Shown here: in pieces, positions 23,710 to 35,621 of the stretch | Layout: every line of letters begins with the position of its first letter | Position numbering within the stretch: position 1 is the stretch's first letter | NCBI GenBank assembly: GCA_977020255.1 | Contig: CDROCS010002096.1 | Coordinates: 1-64,000 of the forward strand | Direction of reading: 5' to 3' | Origin: Obrimoposthia wandeli | Taxonomy: Eukaryota | Length of the DNA stretch: 64,000 nucleotides | Made by a program: the position numbers and the translations under genes | Notes under the pieces: model-generated | Database searches by the model: none | What the model was told of the DNA's origin: nothing | What the model saw: the letters and a program-made list of their open reading frames with translations, nothing else

Positions 23710-24083
23710 TTTGCAAATATTGTTCCTTCAACTTTCTTACGTTTGTTTATATTAATTTTTAGCTTCTTTTTACTTTTAAATCCACTACCTCCTTGGCTTT
23801 TATTTGATTTACGTTTTCTAATCAAATTTACAACTTCAGGTAAAACATTATCAAGTTCATCAAGCGCATGCTTCTTAAAAGTTGGTATTAGTTTATTGTC
23901 ATTAGATGAAAGGTAATCCTTTCCTAATTTTGATATAAATCACCCGAGTCTCTTTAAAAGAGGAAAGGCAAATCTACCTAATGTTCTAAGCCAGCCAGAT
24001 CAGTATTGTTTACCAACAAAATATGGTAATTCTCCACCTTGTTGGCTTTGACTATAAGCTTCAATTATTGCTGGATTCGCCAT
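23706..24083 (-). pseudogene. Small basic virion core-type protein with Q-x-G-G sites
   Basis: MANPAIIEAYSQSQQGGELPYFVGKQY*SGWLRTLGRFAFPLLKRLG*...SQGGSG plus a K-rich tail. Its stop overlaps the MCP ATG (ATGA). Not in the ORF track because of two stops. Confidence 0.8.
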
Positions 24084-25115
24084 TTTGTTTTCTTAAATGT
24101 ATTGTTAAACTTGTCTTGGCTCCGTACGTGAAATCTATTAGTTGTCCGGAATCATCTCTAATATTTACTTCAATATTGTTTATAGAAAAGAGAGAAACTG
24201 GAAGATACATTGGTTGATCTATACACATACCGACAGTGTCCCCATCTCTAGTTTCATTTTTAGATATCCATATTATTCTCAAAAGTGGAACTCGCTGTCC
24301 TCCTACAAGCGTTGGTTCTATTAAATTAGTATAAATATATAAATGATTAACAGCATTTAAATGTTTTGCCTTATTTTTAGCTTTTATGGTTTTTATTGTA
24401 TGGGTTTCAAAGGTATTTCTGTTTAAATCAAGGTTTTTAGCGAGTTTATCATCAAATGAAACTCGTTTTATATTGCTCTTTACTGTAAACGTTAATTTAC
24501 CATTTAATGTTTCACATTTATCGAAATATTCACTACATTCCTTCTGTATTAATTTACAGAAATTCACTTCACTATCTATTTTATAATCTTTTGAAAACGT
24601 TTTCAGTTCCACAGTCTTTGGTCTCGTTTCAAGTAACAAAACTTTTGCTACTCTACCAGGAACATTTCTAACCAAATTAGATGAGATAATATCCCGTTTA
24701 TTACGAGCTACTGTTTGTTCACTATCAAAACTGAATTGAAGAGCTTCTTTTTTAGATTCAAAATTAATTTTCATAACTTGAAGAAATTTTAATCGATTTT
24801 TAAATCTGACTTTGTTATTTTCAAATATTACTTTCACTTCTTTATCTATACAATTGTAATAGAATTGTCCTTTACTATCAAACCCGATCACAACTTCAGT
24901 TGTTTTTTCATGATCAACTTCTTTTGTAAACGAAATATGTGAGTTTTTTTGATGGTAATTGGAGAATAATAAAAAGAAAATTCTGTTAAAGCCGCTTCCC
25001 ATTCTCCTTGGAGATTTATAGAATTTTCCCAATCGATAATAAAGCTACTAGCGTCATTATCTGGTTGAGTCTTCGGACATCCGTTACTTGGTAAAACCAT
25101 ATACATAGACTTCAT
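24061..25115 (-). pseudogene. Minor capsid (penton-like) protein of E2
   Basis: MYMVLPSN...QGEWEAALTEFSF, then a frameshift near 24930, then YIYTNLIEPTLVGGQRVPLLR...YLPVS...IEVNIRDDSG. Confidence 0.88.
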
Positions 25116-26191
25116 ATTATATTAGATGCTGATATCCTAGTTGGGTCTGAATAACCATGCCATTTAACAAAGTATTGTTTATGTTTACCTGTACCCTTAG
25201 ATTTTAATATTTTTTGAATACGGAAAACGCTAGGTTTATTTGATATTACTTGTAATTCTTGCTCATAAAATTTACCGTGAACGATATTATTGTCAGCATC
25301 TTTAATAGTATACATTATTGGATTACTCTTTTGATCAATTTTACTTATACAAAATATTTCATCGCTCCAATTCTGATCAAAGTTTTTAATAAATGGAGTA
25401 GAGCTAATTTTCGAAATTCGAACATATTCGTTTTTCTTATATTAAGCTTTTTTAATTTTATCTTTTTTATTGCTGTTCATCCAAATTTCCATAGAGTTTT
25501 TATTAGTAACATCAACAGGTCTCATTCCCTTGAGACCTCTATGTTCAGAGTGATTATATGCATGTATTATTTTAGGTAAAACTTGGATCCATTTTTTATT
25601 TCCTTCTTTTGTGAAATACTTTTTTATTCGATCTCTTAGAGTACGATTAAATCTTTCTACTACTGCTGCTTTGTATTGTGAAAATACACAGTAATGATTT
25701 ATATTATTTTGTTTAAATAATGATTGAACTTGCTTATTATAAAATTCTTTTCCTAAATCAGTTTGCACATTTTGTGGAATGTCCTCTTTTAATATTTCTT
25801 TAATGGCTTCAAGCATAGCTATTGAAGACTTTGCTTTAACTGGAATTGCACGAGCAAACCTGCTAAATACATCAATACATGTTAAAATATATCGATATCC
25901 CTTATTAATGGAAGAATATGGGATCATCTCCATCAAATCCATTTGCCATAAATTATTAGGACCGCTGGTTTTGTAAGCTCTAGTTGGAAACCTTCTCATC
26001 GGCTTGTTCAGACTGTAGGCTAACTGGTCGCTCAGCCATTTCTGCGTTTTCTTGTAATTTTGTTTTGTTCTTTTTGCTAATTTTGAAACTCCTGTGTAGC
26101 CAATTGGATCTTTTGGATTGAACCATATCTTCTCCATTACAACAATTTGAATAGAAAGAAAATTTAAGTTTAAGTAAAGAAGGGCTAGCAC
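25112..26191 (-). pseudogene. Retroviral-like (rve) integrase with C-terminal chromodomain-like region
   Basis: WQMDL, IDVFSRF, QTDLGKEF, VERFNRTL; tail IQKILKSKGTGKHKQYFVKWHGY. One in-frame TAA at 25442; the frame continues to 25112. Confidence 0.93.
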
Positions 26192-26223
26192 CCATATCTT
26201 TAGCTGATTTTAGAAATAATTGT

Positions 26224-26550
26224 TTATGAACGTGTCGCAGCTATAATACTACTGATAATTGAAGCAACTGGAATAACAGCCCCTATGAAACCACCATTCT
26301 GTTTAAGAATAATATTTCGTTTCCTTTTTTTACTTTTTACATTAGCAATATCTAGAAGAGTTTTTCTATATTTCTTTAATATATTTTTACGATTTCCAAC
26401 TTTTACTCGACCCAAAACTATATTATACAAAACTTCCAATAAATCATCTACAACAAAGAATGGAAATGCTTTAAGAATAATCATTCTCTTATTAGAAGAG
26501 GCTTTGACTAAAGCTTTAAAATAGGGTATGCTTCTTTGTATTTTCTTCAT
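26224..26550 (-). CDS. Conserved Polinton small protein (PX / gasdermin-X-type) with amphipathic tail after QNGG
   Basis: LLEVLYNIVLGRV...KQNGGFIGAVIPVASIISSII; intact ORF. Confidence 0.7.
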   Translation of the reverse strand: MKKIQRSIPYFKALVKASSNKRMIILKAFPFFVVDDLLEVLYNIVLGRVKVGNRKNILKKYRKTLLDIANVKSKKRKRNIILKQNGGFIGAVIPVASIISSIIAATRS

Positions 26551-26729
26551 TTTAATAAAAAAGGTTCAATTTAAATATTGTTTATATTCGAAGCCATTTA
26601 AGTTTTATTTTATTTTTAACTAATGATTTGATTAATTTTTTCACTTCTTTTTTCTTAATGATTCTTTTTTTTGATTTCTTAGATTTTACTTTACGTTTTA
26701 CTATCAACTTTGTAAAAGGCATTGCGAAT

Positions 26730-27378
26730 TTATTTTTTATAATTGTTCTCTATTTGTTTATAAACAGTTACTCCCTTAGAATTAAATATGTCTGTTAAAA
26801 CACGTAAATCATCTGGGCAAGCTTGTGTAAAGTCAATAAATATATACCCATGTGCTTGTTTAGCAGCATCGTGGAATGAATCAACTAGAAAGTTCTTATT
26901 TTGAGGAAATGCCTGTCTGGCCACAAAATCAACAACTGTTTGATCTCTAGGATTTTTAAATAAAACTAAGTAATGTACATTAAGATTTCTTGTTCTATGG
27001 TGACCTCCTTTGGTGAAACAGATTTTGAGTGATAAATATAACTGTTACTTCACGATGTCTTGCAATCTTTGTAAATAAATTATTAAAGTCCGATTCCTTG
27101 TTAGCCTCCTCATACAAATCATCAATTATTATTACATCTTCTTTTTTCAATCTTTCACAACAATTTGCATCAAATCCTTCAATAAATTTTATACCCTTCA
27201 ACTTGCAAACTTCTGTTTTGGTTAACCCGCTTTCCCCTCCTCCACCATGATGCCAATAAATATTTTTGAAACTAGATTTGAAAAGAGAATCATTTTGCAA
27301 CAATTTACAGACGAAATGTGTCTTTCCACTTCCACTTGGGCCAACTATTTGAAATACAGCATTATTATTTAGCTCCAT
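26730..27378 (-). pseudogene. A32/FtsK-like genome packaging ATPase of E2
   Basis: Walker A GPSGSGKT, Walker B IIIDD, RH..VTVIFITQNLF. A frameshift near 27000 leads into LNVHYLVLFKNPRD...GYIFID. Confidence 0.92.
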
Positions 27379-27415
27379 TGCATATACTCTTTCATTTTTA
27401 ATATTGTTTATATTA

Positions 27416-27688
27416 TCATAGAAGTTTCCTTATTGAAATGTACAATGTTAGAGCTATTGTAGATGAAATACAAAAATTAATTAATGAATATTTGACTATA
27501 ATTTTATTTATTTGTGTACGATTTCTAAATTCTCGAATAACGTGTGATCTAACCAATATTTCAATGTTATCTCTTGTTATATCATTATTTTTTAATTCTG
27601 ATAAAATTTCTTTACCCCTAATTTTTCCAGAAAATATTTCATCGGCAAGCCGATCCACTTCATTGTCTCTATTTATAGTATTATTCAT
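27416..27688 (-). CDS. Small conserved Polinton protein with hydrophobic C-terminus
   Basis: 90 aa from ATG 27688; homologue at 6807-6959. It appears fused to TBP only through two extra T residues near 27722. Confidence 0.65.
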   Translation of the reverse strand: MNNTINRDNEVDRLADEIFSGKIRGKEILSELKNNDITRDNIEILVRSHVIREFRNRTQINKIIVKYSLINFCISSTIALTLYISIRKLL

Positions 27689-27716
27689 TTGAAACAATAA
27701 GTTTAAACGGGTTTGT

Positions 27717-28218
27717 TTATAGAAAAAAGATAACAAGATGTAATAAGATATATTTTCTAAAATCAAATCAGCTATATCTGGATAATCAAAATTTTTCAAT
27801 CCCAATATCATAACTTTACCACTGGAAAATATATTTACACATAGCGGTTTAAACTTCAAATAACTGAGAGCAGGAAAAATTTCTGGTTCAAACATGCATT
27901 CTTCTTTCACTTTCTCTGCAGTTTTAAAAAGATTTATCTTTTTCCCAAGATTAGCCGAAATCGTGATTGATTGTATTGCAGTGATTTGAATTCCAAATGG
28001 TAAATTGAACCCAAGCATGGGTATTTTGCATCCCATAACACGACAATTTCCTAAAGAATTCAATATGAAAATAAAATAAAAAACTAACCTGTAGGAAAAA
28101 TAACAACTGTGAAATTGTCAAACTTTTCTACATATTGTCTCGGCTTCCATTCATTGAATGGTAAGTACGAAACATCATCTTCTGTTCTACCTTTATAATT
28201 TATATTTACGAGTTTCAT
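27717..28218 (-). CDS. TATA-binding-protein-like gene of E2; exons 28218-28089 and 28050-27717; 38-nt intron
   Basis: Spliced product MKLVNINYK...TVVIFPT-G-NCRVMGCK...IQSITISANLGKKINL...FEPEIFPAL...VNIFSSGKVMILGLK shows both TBP repeats. The natural stop is inferred from E1 and E3 (both end FL*). Confidence 0.88.
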
Positions 28219-28464
28219 TAGACTGAAATTGTATTCTGTAAAATCTTCTTTATATATGTCTGAACCTGCTTTTTTATTGGACGTTTCTTGTAATTATCTT
28301 GCAAACCTATTATAATTGGATGATATATTTAGTCCAATCAAATTCAATGCTTTTGTTATATTAACCAATGAGATTCATGTTTTTGTTAGAAATTAGTATA
28401 AAAGAATGCGCCATTGGAGGACAAATCACAGTAAATGCATTCATATCAAAGACAATTATCAACG
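28219..28464. promoter_or_regulatory. Divergent promoter between the TBP-like and SSB-like genes
   Basis: TATATAAAG on minus (28256-28248), TATAAAAG on plus (28397-28404), five CCAAT/ATTGG boxes (28276, 28315, 28334, 28365, 28413). Both TATA boxes are retained in E3. Confidence 0.65.
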
Positions 28465-28911
28465 ATGGACGATAGCCAACGGGTATTAGGCGATGACGAA
28501 GAAATGTTTGAAGAATCGGATAAGGATATGTATGAAGAAGTGAAACAATATTTCAAATACAAATACAAATTCTTGAAGAAGGCTCAGCTGATTGCTTTAG
28601 TAAATCCTGTGACAATTGAAAGAAGAAAGTTTAGCTACTATCTATCCGGTATTCAAAAACCTGATTTTCAATATCTTAAACAGAAAATAGAAAAGGCAGT
28701 TCCGAATTTTACTTTCAATAAGAACGAATTTTATATCCGAGGAGCCGATGAAGCATTTCTAGATGACTATGGAAGATATGTTGATATTGATGCGTTTCCG
28801 AAAAAGAAGCAATGGACTGTAACAATTCGACTTTATGGTTACAAGAAAGATGAAATGGGAACAAAGTTGCCTATGTGGAAAATTGAACGTGCTCATATTT
28901 CTATGTTTTAA
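28435..28911 (+). CDS. Conserved Polinton protein, possible SSB, copy 1
   Basis: Intact ORF, likely start 28465; homologous to 8651-9151 and to E3 44744-45187. Confidence 0.7.
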   Translation: MHSYQRQLSTMDDSQRVLGDDEEMFEESDKDMYEEVKQYFKYKYKFLKKAQLIALVNPVTIERRKFSYYLSGIQKPDFQYLKQKIEKAVPNFTFNKNEFYIRGADEAFLDDYGRYVDIDAFPKKKQWTVTIRLYGYKKDEMGTKLPMWKIERAHISMF

Positions 28912-29043
28912 CTTTTGTGTGTAATAAATTGTAATCGGTTTTACTATGTTTCTTTCATTTAATAATCAGTTTTATTTGTATCTTATTTATATCCTATGTG
29001 TATTTTTTATAAACATTGTTTTTAATCAGTTTCCTTATTTTAG

Positions 29044-29422
29044 AATGGATAAGAGATGTGTAGCAAATTTTTATTATTCAGAAAGAATTTCAAAAGGAAA
29101 ACTATGTAATATATTAAAGAGGCATCAAATTATACGAATTATGAATCCTGTGAAAATATCAAAAGTGGAGAAAAAATATCTCATCGAAATTTTAACAACA
29201 ACTGATTTTGATCAACTGAAAAATATTTTGGGATTTTACATTCCTGATTATGTATATGAAGGAAATTGTTTCGAGCTTGAAACTGATCCCAGTCTGGATT
29301 TTAAAGATGATCTAGGATATTTGATTGCTCCAATTCTAGATGAAGAACTATGGAATATCTCAATACGTCTGAATGGATATTTTGCTGATGACGGGAAAAT
29401 GCAGCCTCTGGACTTTGAGTGA
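29044..29422 (+). CDS. Paralogue of the preceding gene, copy 2
   Basis: Starts MDKRC after an AG acceptor-like site. WNISIRLNGYFADDGKMQP resembles WTVTIRLYGYKKDEMGTKLP. Also present in E3. Confidence 0.65.
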
Positions 29423-29517
29423 AGCCAATATGTTGTTTTATGTTTAATAAATATTTTGAAAAATAATTTTGTCTCGTATTTTATTTTTGCTCCTCTAAAT
29501 TATATAGATCTGATCGA

Positions 29518-30287
29518 TGTTTTTCGTGCCTGTAGATCAAGAATGAAGCCCGCCCCGAAGGGACGGATGGTGTATGTTAGGGTATGACACGGGTCGTTTA
29601 CATTTGTAGTTGTGAGAGTAGCATGTTTTTGTAGTTATTTTCGCGAGAATGGAGNNNNNNNNNNNNNNNNNNNNNNNNNNNNNNNNNNNNNNNNNNNNNN
29701 NNNNNNNNNNNNNNNNNNNNNNNNNNNNNNNNNNNNNNNNNNNNNNNNNNNNNNNNNNNNNNNNNNNNNNNNNNNNNNNNNNNNNNNNNNNNNNNNNNNN
29801 NNNNNNNNNNNNNNNNNNNGCCCCAAAGGGGCGGGTGGTGGTCGGTTGGGTGTTTCCATCCAACACCCGTCAACTTTCACCCATCACCCGAGGTAGTTAG
29901 TGATATACACGAGAGCGAGACATCCGTACATCGCAGAGCTAGTCTGTGACCTATATGAGAGCGAGACATTCGTACATCGCAGAGCTAGTCTGTGACATAT
30001 ATGAGAGCGAGACATCCGTACATCGCAGAGCTAGTCTGTGACCTATATGAGAGCGAGACATCCGTACATTGCAGAGCTAGTCTGTGACCTATATCAGTCC
30101 CGAGCCCTTCGCGCCAAAAGGCGCGAAAAATGTTTAGGGGGGTACCCCCACCCCCTGTCCTTTAAAACTGTGCATGTGTGTGGAGTGAAATTTTACTCCA
30201 CACACCTACACGAATTTTCACTCCACACACCTACACGGTTTTAAAGGACAAGGGGGGTGTGGATTAGACCGGACACATCCACCTACT
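29518..30287 (-). repeat. Right TIR of E2, with 4 x 46-bp repeats; assembly gap 29655-29819
   Basis: Reverse complement of the left TIR. Units start at 29911, 29957, 30003 and 30049. About 100 extra nt at the inner edge. Confidence 0.9.
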
Positions 30288-30344
30288 GACATAGTATTAA
30301 ATAACAAATAATTTTGCTTGAGGAAGTTTTAAAAAAGAAAAAGA

Positions 30345-30870
30345 TGTGCTCAGAAGCAGAAAGAAATTCAGTTAAATATTTAAGAAAAGAAGGAAAATCT
30401 TTACGGGAAATTTTGAATTTTCTGTATAATACAATAACCAAAGTTTTAATTGGAAAAATCCAAAAATCCTCTATTAAAAGGTCTTTTGATAAAATAAAAA
30501 ATATGTATCAAAGTGAATTGCATAAAATTAAACAATAGTTCCATCCAAGTGTTTCTTCTCGAACTTTACACAAGAAAAGACTCGATCTTAAATATAATAA
30601 TAATATAAAAGTGATTTGTCTTTCAAAGAAAAGCAATAAAAAATAACCGAAATTGTTAATATGTAATTAATTAACATTCAACCCTGGCATAAGATGATTT
30701 TTAGTGACGAGAAAGGATCCAATTTGAATGGTCCTGACAATTGGATGCCATATGAATATAAACATGAAGAGTATTTTCGAGACAAAAGCCAATGTGGGGC
30801 TCAAGTGTTATGATTTGGTTAATATGTCTTCCGAATGGATTATCAACGAGATTTATTGAAGATAAATGGT
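30345..30870 (+). mobile_element. Degenerate Tc1-like transposase fragment
   Basis: HTH-like ERNSVKYLRKEGKSLREI and IFSDEKGSNLNGPD resemble FSDEKRFNLDGPD of the element at 54056. Confidence 0.65.
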
Positions 30871-31719
30871 GTCATCTATGACATAAACAGAAATAGAAAA
30901 AGTGAAATAATACATTTATTAAAACGAGATATGTAAAGTTTTATCTACTAATGGAAATTTGTGTAATATAAACTTTTACTATATTTCTTAGTCTTCATTA
31001 ATTATAACATTTTTGATTTACCCATATTTTTAATAAAAATCGAATAATTAGTTACCACAAATTAATAATTTAAATATTTGTGACATAATAAAAGGTATTA
31101 ATGTATAGTTAAGTTATTACGTTAGTATGTATTTTATTTCAAATAATTTAAGGATGACAAGATAAAAATAAAATTTATTTAAAAATTATGTTGAATTTCT
31201 GTTGAAATATCCTTGAAAGTTCTGAACTTCTTATTCTGGAACAAGGGAATATGAGGTATATCTGAATGCATATAACCTCCAAGTTTCAGCTGAATAGGAC
31301 TTAAGGGATATTTTCCAATAAATTGAATAATATAAAATTTTAATTACGGTTTGGACTAACAATTCTTCCGTTTTTTTATCAACAATCACTGCCTAAGATA
31401 CAACATGTACATCTATATATCTTATCTTATCTATTTATATTACTTTATAAAACAGTCATATGGATATCATATTTGGAATCCACCAAGAACCACAACATAA
31501 CGTTTATAACTAGAAATAACTGAATATGTAAACACATATACACTTTGATATGAAAAGTAAATTTATATGATTATCAATTTAATAGTATATCAGGTGTGGT
31601 TGAGGTTGCAGATTTATTTTATTAGTAAAGTATCAAATGAGAAACACAAGTTTTAAATTCATATATGAATTAATTTGAATTGTATTGAAATTTATGTGTA
31701 GCAAAAATAAATTTACGGA

Positions 31720-32298
31720 ATTAAAATTTGATAAGTTTTTCTAAAAATCTAAACCAGATATTGTCCAATTCAGTTTCCACATCCATAGTCAGTATGATTA
31801 TCTCACATTGTGACAATCTCATTTCTGTTCGACTGCAATTTATTACAAAATCATCACGACAAGACTTCCTTGACTTCTCAAAATGGCCGTCTTCAATAAA
31901 ATATATCGATATTCGACACACTGAAACAAGTCTGTTTTCTTCCAACAAGTAAGTCCCAATTAGTTAAACGAAATATTTATTTTTATGTTTGTATTCATAA
32001 ATCTTATTGGCGGACTAAAGTATTTAGTTTTTAAATTAATATTTAAAATCGGTGTTGTCCAACCATTTTCAGCCGTCGACAACAAATTATATCCAAAAAA
32101 AGTCCAAGGATCATCACAAATATTACATACTATTTATTATTCAAATAAAAGCCAAGACTAATTACTGGACAAATGATATATTTATAAAACGCAAATAGTA
32201 ATCAATGCACAAAAACGAATAGTTAATATTAATAATCTTGTTTAGTCCCAATCGTATGATTCCTCGTTCATTTATATTCATTTTGTTTTGTTTATTTG

Positions 32299-32335
<37 letters not shown>

Positions 32336-35300
32336 TGTATAAGAAAACTCTATTTCTACTAGCCAAGTAGTTGTAAAAAAATACGCTTGCTTTAACTAAT
32401 TCCTAAAACAATGGATTTGTTATTTTTATTTCTATATATCCATAAATGTCTTTATTTTGAACTCTTCTTACTAATTTTGAGTTTTCCTTCAAATCTAAAT
32501 CTCCTGAGCTACCTTGGAATTTATATCATTTTATTAAAATCTGTTAACTCTTCAAACCATCAAGGATATTTTGTTTTGATAATCTCTTGAAGTCTCTGCT
32601 CGAAATATGTATGAAGACCAACCAAATTTTCTATACACTCAATGATAAAGTTTAAAGTTGGGTTAAATCTTTCAAAAAATTAAACTAATGAGAGATTGCT
32701 TTTCGACAATTTTTTCAGTACTTCAGTTTGTTGAAGAAGTCTTATGCTATGTGAATAGTTGACCAGATATGACTTTATTTGGAGTTGAAAATTAGATTCA
32801 TTTACAAATTTGAAAAGAACACTTGTACAGTTTTTTGCTTTTAAAGGACTTTTGTTTTAGTTTTATCGTTAGCTTAATATGTTTATTTTGAAGTATTAGT
32901 GCAAAGTTAACTTTACATAGTTAACGTTAGTAAACTAGTACTCGTCACATCGAGGTTAACACTTTACAAGTCAAGGCAAAAATATTATTGTAAAAAAAAC
33001 ACTACACAATTATAAAAATGTCCCGTACTTGTCTTTTCTGTGTTGTAAAAGTACTGCGTAAACTCATCCTAAGTAGTGACTTGTTGATTTTCCACATAAT
33101 TTCAAAACTTGCTCCAAGTAGATTTAGATGGCAGCAACATTTCTATACAAATTGACATAAGTTCTTTCATTTTTAAAATTAACCGATTTATTCTTAAACA
33201 TTTATAAAACAAATTTTAATTATTTTATTAAATACTCTGACCGTTTTCTGTGTATAATTTATTTACTAATCTTTATATTAATACAAAAATTACATTCGTT
33301 TTCTTTTATATATCTATCAAAAGATACCACAACAGTGTTATTGAATGATATTAACGCTTCTAGACGATTTCTTACAACTCATTGTCGTACAATCTTCCAC
33401 AATTTTATCTAAACAGATTATGTAATTATGATCAACTCAGGGACATTTTTTTATAAATTATATATCAAAGAGGGTTGAAAACTATACTTTTTAACTACAT
33501 TGGCTGCTGATAATAACATACTTTTGTTCATTCAAAATTGTTTCGTTTTAAAGTCTCCTTCTTTATCTAAAATTATAGAAATTTAAATTTAAATTTCATT
33601 TAGTTTGTGAGAATCATAGAAGACTAATAAACAAATGTATAAATCGAAGATACGACACCATGTTTTGTAGGTATATACATACAAGATTTACAATAGTTTG
33701 CCATTTGCTGTAAGAAAGTGCATTAATTATGAAGACTTCAGAAGACATCTCAAGACGCTTCTATTTAAAAAGTATTACAGTTAACTGCTCAAAGCTGCTG
33801 AACTGTAAAGCACTTTTGAATAATAATTTGTACAATTATTAATAAATTAGTGCTATATGAAATATATATGTTATATTTCAATCCATAAAATGTATTAATT
33901 CAAAAATTCGTTAATTTTACAGACTGAAACTAAATATTAATAAATTTTTTAATTAAATTAGTCTTAAAACAACTTTAAAAATATTTTCGTTAAGTTATTT
34001 TGTTAATTAGTTTATTGTTGCTTTAAAACCTACTTTCCAGGCATCATAAAAATAGTTTTAAATTTTCCTAAATAATCACGAGTAATTTCACTATTTTTCA
34101 CAAATGTGCAATTAAATACTTCCCTTGTTGTGTAATTCTTGAGTAATTATTTATTTGGGGAATTTTATCTACTTTCATATTAAGCCAGAATTTAGTTAAA
34201 ATAAAATATTATTCATGTAGTATATTTTCATTAAAATTAAATGTTTACTAAAGATTGCAATAATGGTTGTGTTTCAGACTGTATCTATTTCAATAGTACG
34301 TTAAGTCTTTAATTTATATAATGCTTTATGAAGATCTGAAAACTGTATAACCACTCTCATTCTGAAAAATCAATTGCCTCAAAATAAAAAAGTATTATTA
34401 AATTAATTTACAATTAAACTTTTAACCTCTATTGAATTATCACAAATTCGTATTTTTTATTTATTATATCATGAGCATCGAGCTTCAATTTCCCATCTGA
34501 TCCTCTAAGCTTAGTGATCAAATAAAAACAACAGCATTTTTGAACTACTTAAATGGATAACTTCTACTCAACTTTTTTGTATTTTATGTAAATTTGTAAC
34601 TTTGATTTTACATAGTCAAATTAGTTGCTAATTAATCATGAATTTGTGACCAGTAAATACCATTTTACATATATTTCATCTGCACTACTTTACAAATTAT
34701 CATCAATTCGATAAGGGTGTTAACAGATGTGGGTAAAAGTAATTGAATTGAATATTTATATTTTTCATATAATTTTAGTCAAATTTTAACAACAATTCTT
34801 TTTTGATAATTATTCTCAAAATTGCTGCATATTTGGCTTTAATTTTAAATTTAAATTTTATATATTTTTAGAAATATCTTTATCGCAACTGACTTTTATC
34901 ATAAATTGAATCAAATCTATAACTATATAACTATATATATAACCACATAAAATTATATCAAAATGTTGTAAAATGCACTTGCATGTTAGTTACAACTAAC
35001 TGAAATAAGGTAAGTGTGGTGTAGCTGTATCACTTACTTTCCAGGCCAATTGACAAAATCTCCCGGAATCAGAAGACTGTCAGTCTATTCCCGTCATTGC
35101 AGGAACTGCATCTGACTTGTTGTCCCGGCTTCTCTCACATGGACTTATTGGCCCTCGGTCCAAACCGGAACCTCACCTCCATGACTCCGGTTCCGTCTAT
35201 GATCAATGCACAGGCAAATCTACGGCATTTGTTTCCCAATCTGATACGTATCAATATACGATCTGCGCAGTGTGTAGAACTTGATATCCTACTCAATTGG

Positions 35301-35621
35301 TTGTTCTTCTCGACAGCGAACCAGTTTGAAATCGTCGACCAGGAGTTCTTCAACTTCAACTTGTCGGATCTGATCCTGGGGCTGGTAAAAAGTCGTCTGC
35401 AGGAAAAAATAGCTCCTGTATGCTGGATCCGGTTGCTGCTCGTAAGGAATCTTCTGCCCAGTACCTTGCTTCCGGCCCTGTCAGAATTACTAAAGTCGGA
35501 GACGAATCCACTCACCCTGATTATCGACGTGTCTGATGAGGAGTCAAACTGTCTCTGGACACGACACCAGAACTGCATCAAACAAAATAGGTCTTCATTG
35601 AATGTTATAATCGATGGTTAA
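31720..35621 (+). CDS. Host multi-exon leucine-rich-repeat-like gene; exon structure only partly resolved
   Basis: Exon 31720-31949 ends in gtaagt. The last exon (about 35045-35621) has LFPSLQELHL and LFPNLIRINI. Confidence 0.45.

Larger units (their letters stand above)
14048..30287. mobile_element. Full-length Polinton/Maverick element E2, about 16.2 kb
   Basis: Starts AGTAGGTGGATGTGTCCGGTCTAATCCACAC and ends with its reverse complement. TSD GACATA at 14042-14047 and 30288-30293. Complete core gene set. Confidence 0.97.

Noticed and set aside
27416-28063. 215-aa ORF as a TBP-membrane-protein fusion
   Set aside because: E3 and E1 stop at FL*. E2 has two extra T residues in a homopolymer near 27722 that cause read-through, and the ORF's start lies inside an intron.
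33016-33140. Possible decayed THAP domain (MSRTCLFC..FP..KW-like)
   Set aside because: Needs several frame and stop corrections, and no associated transposase was found.
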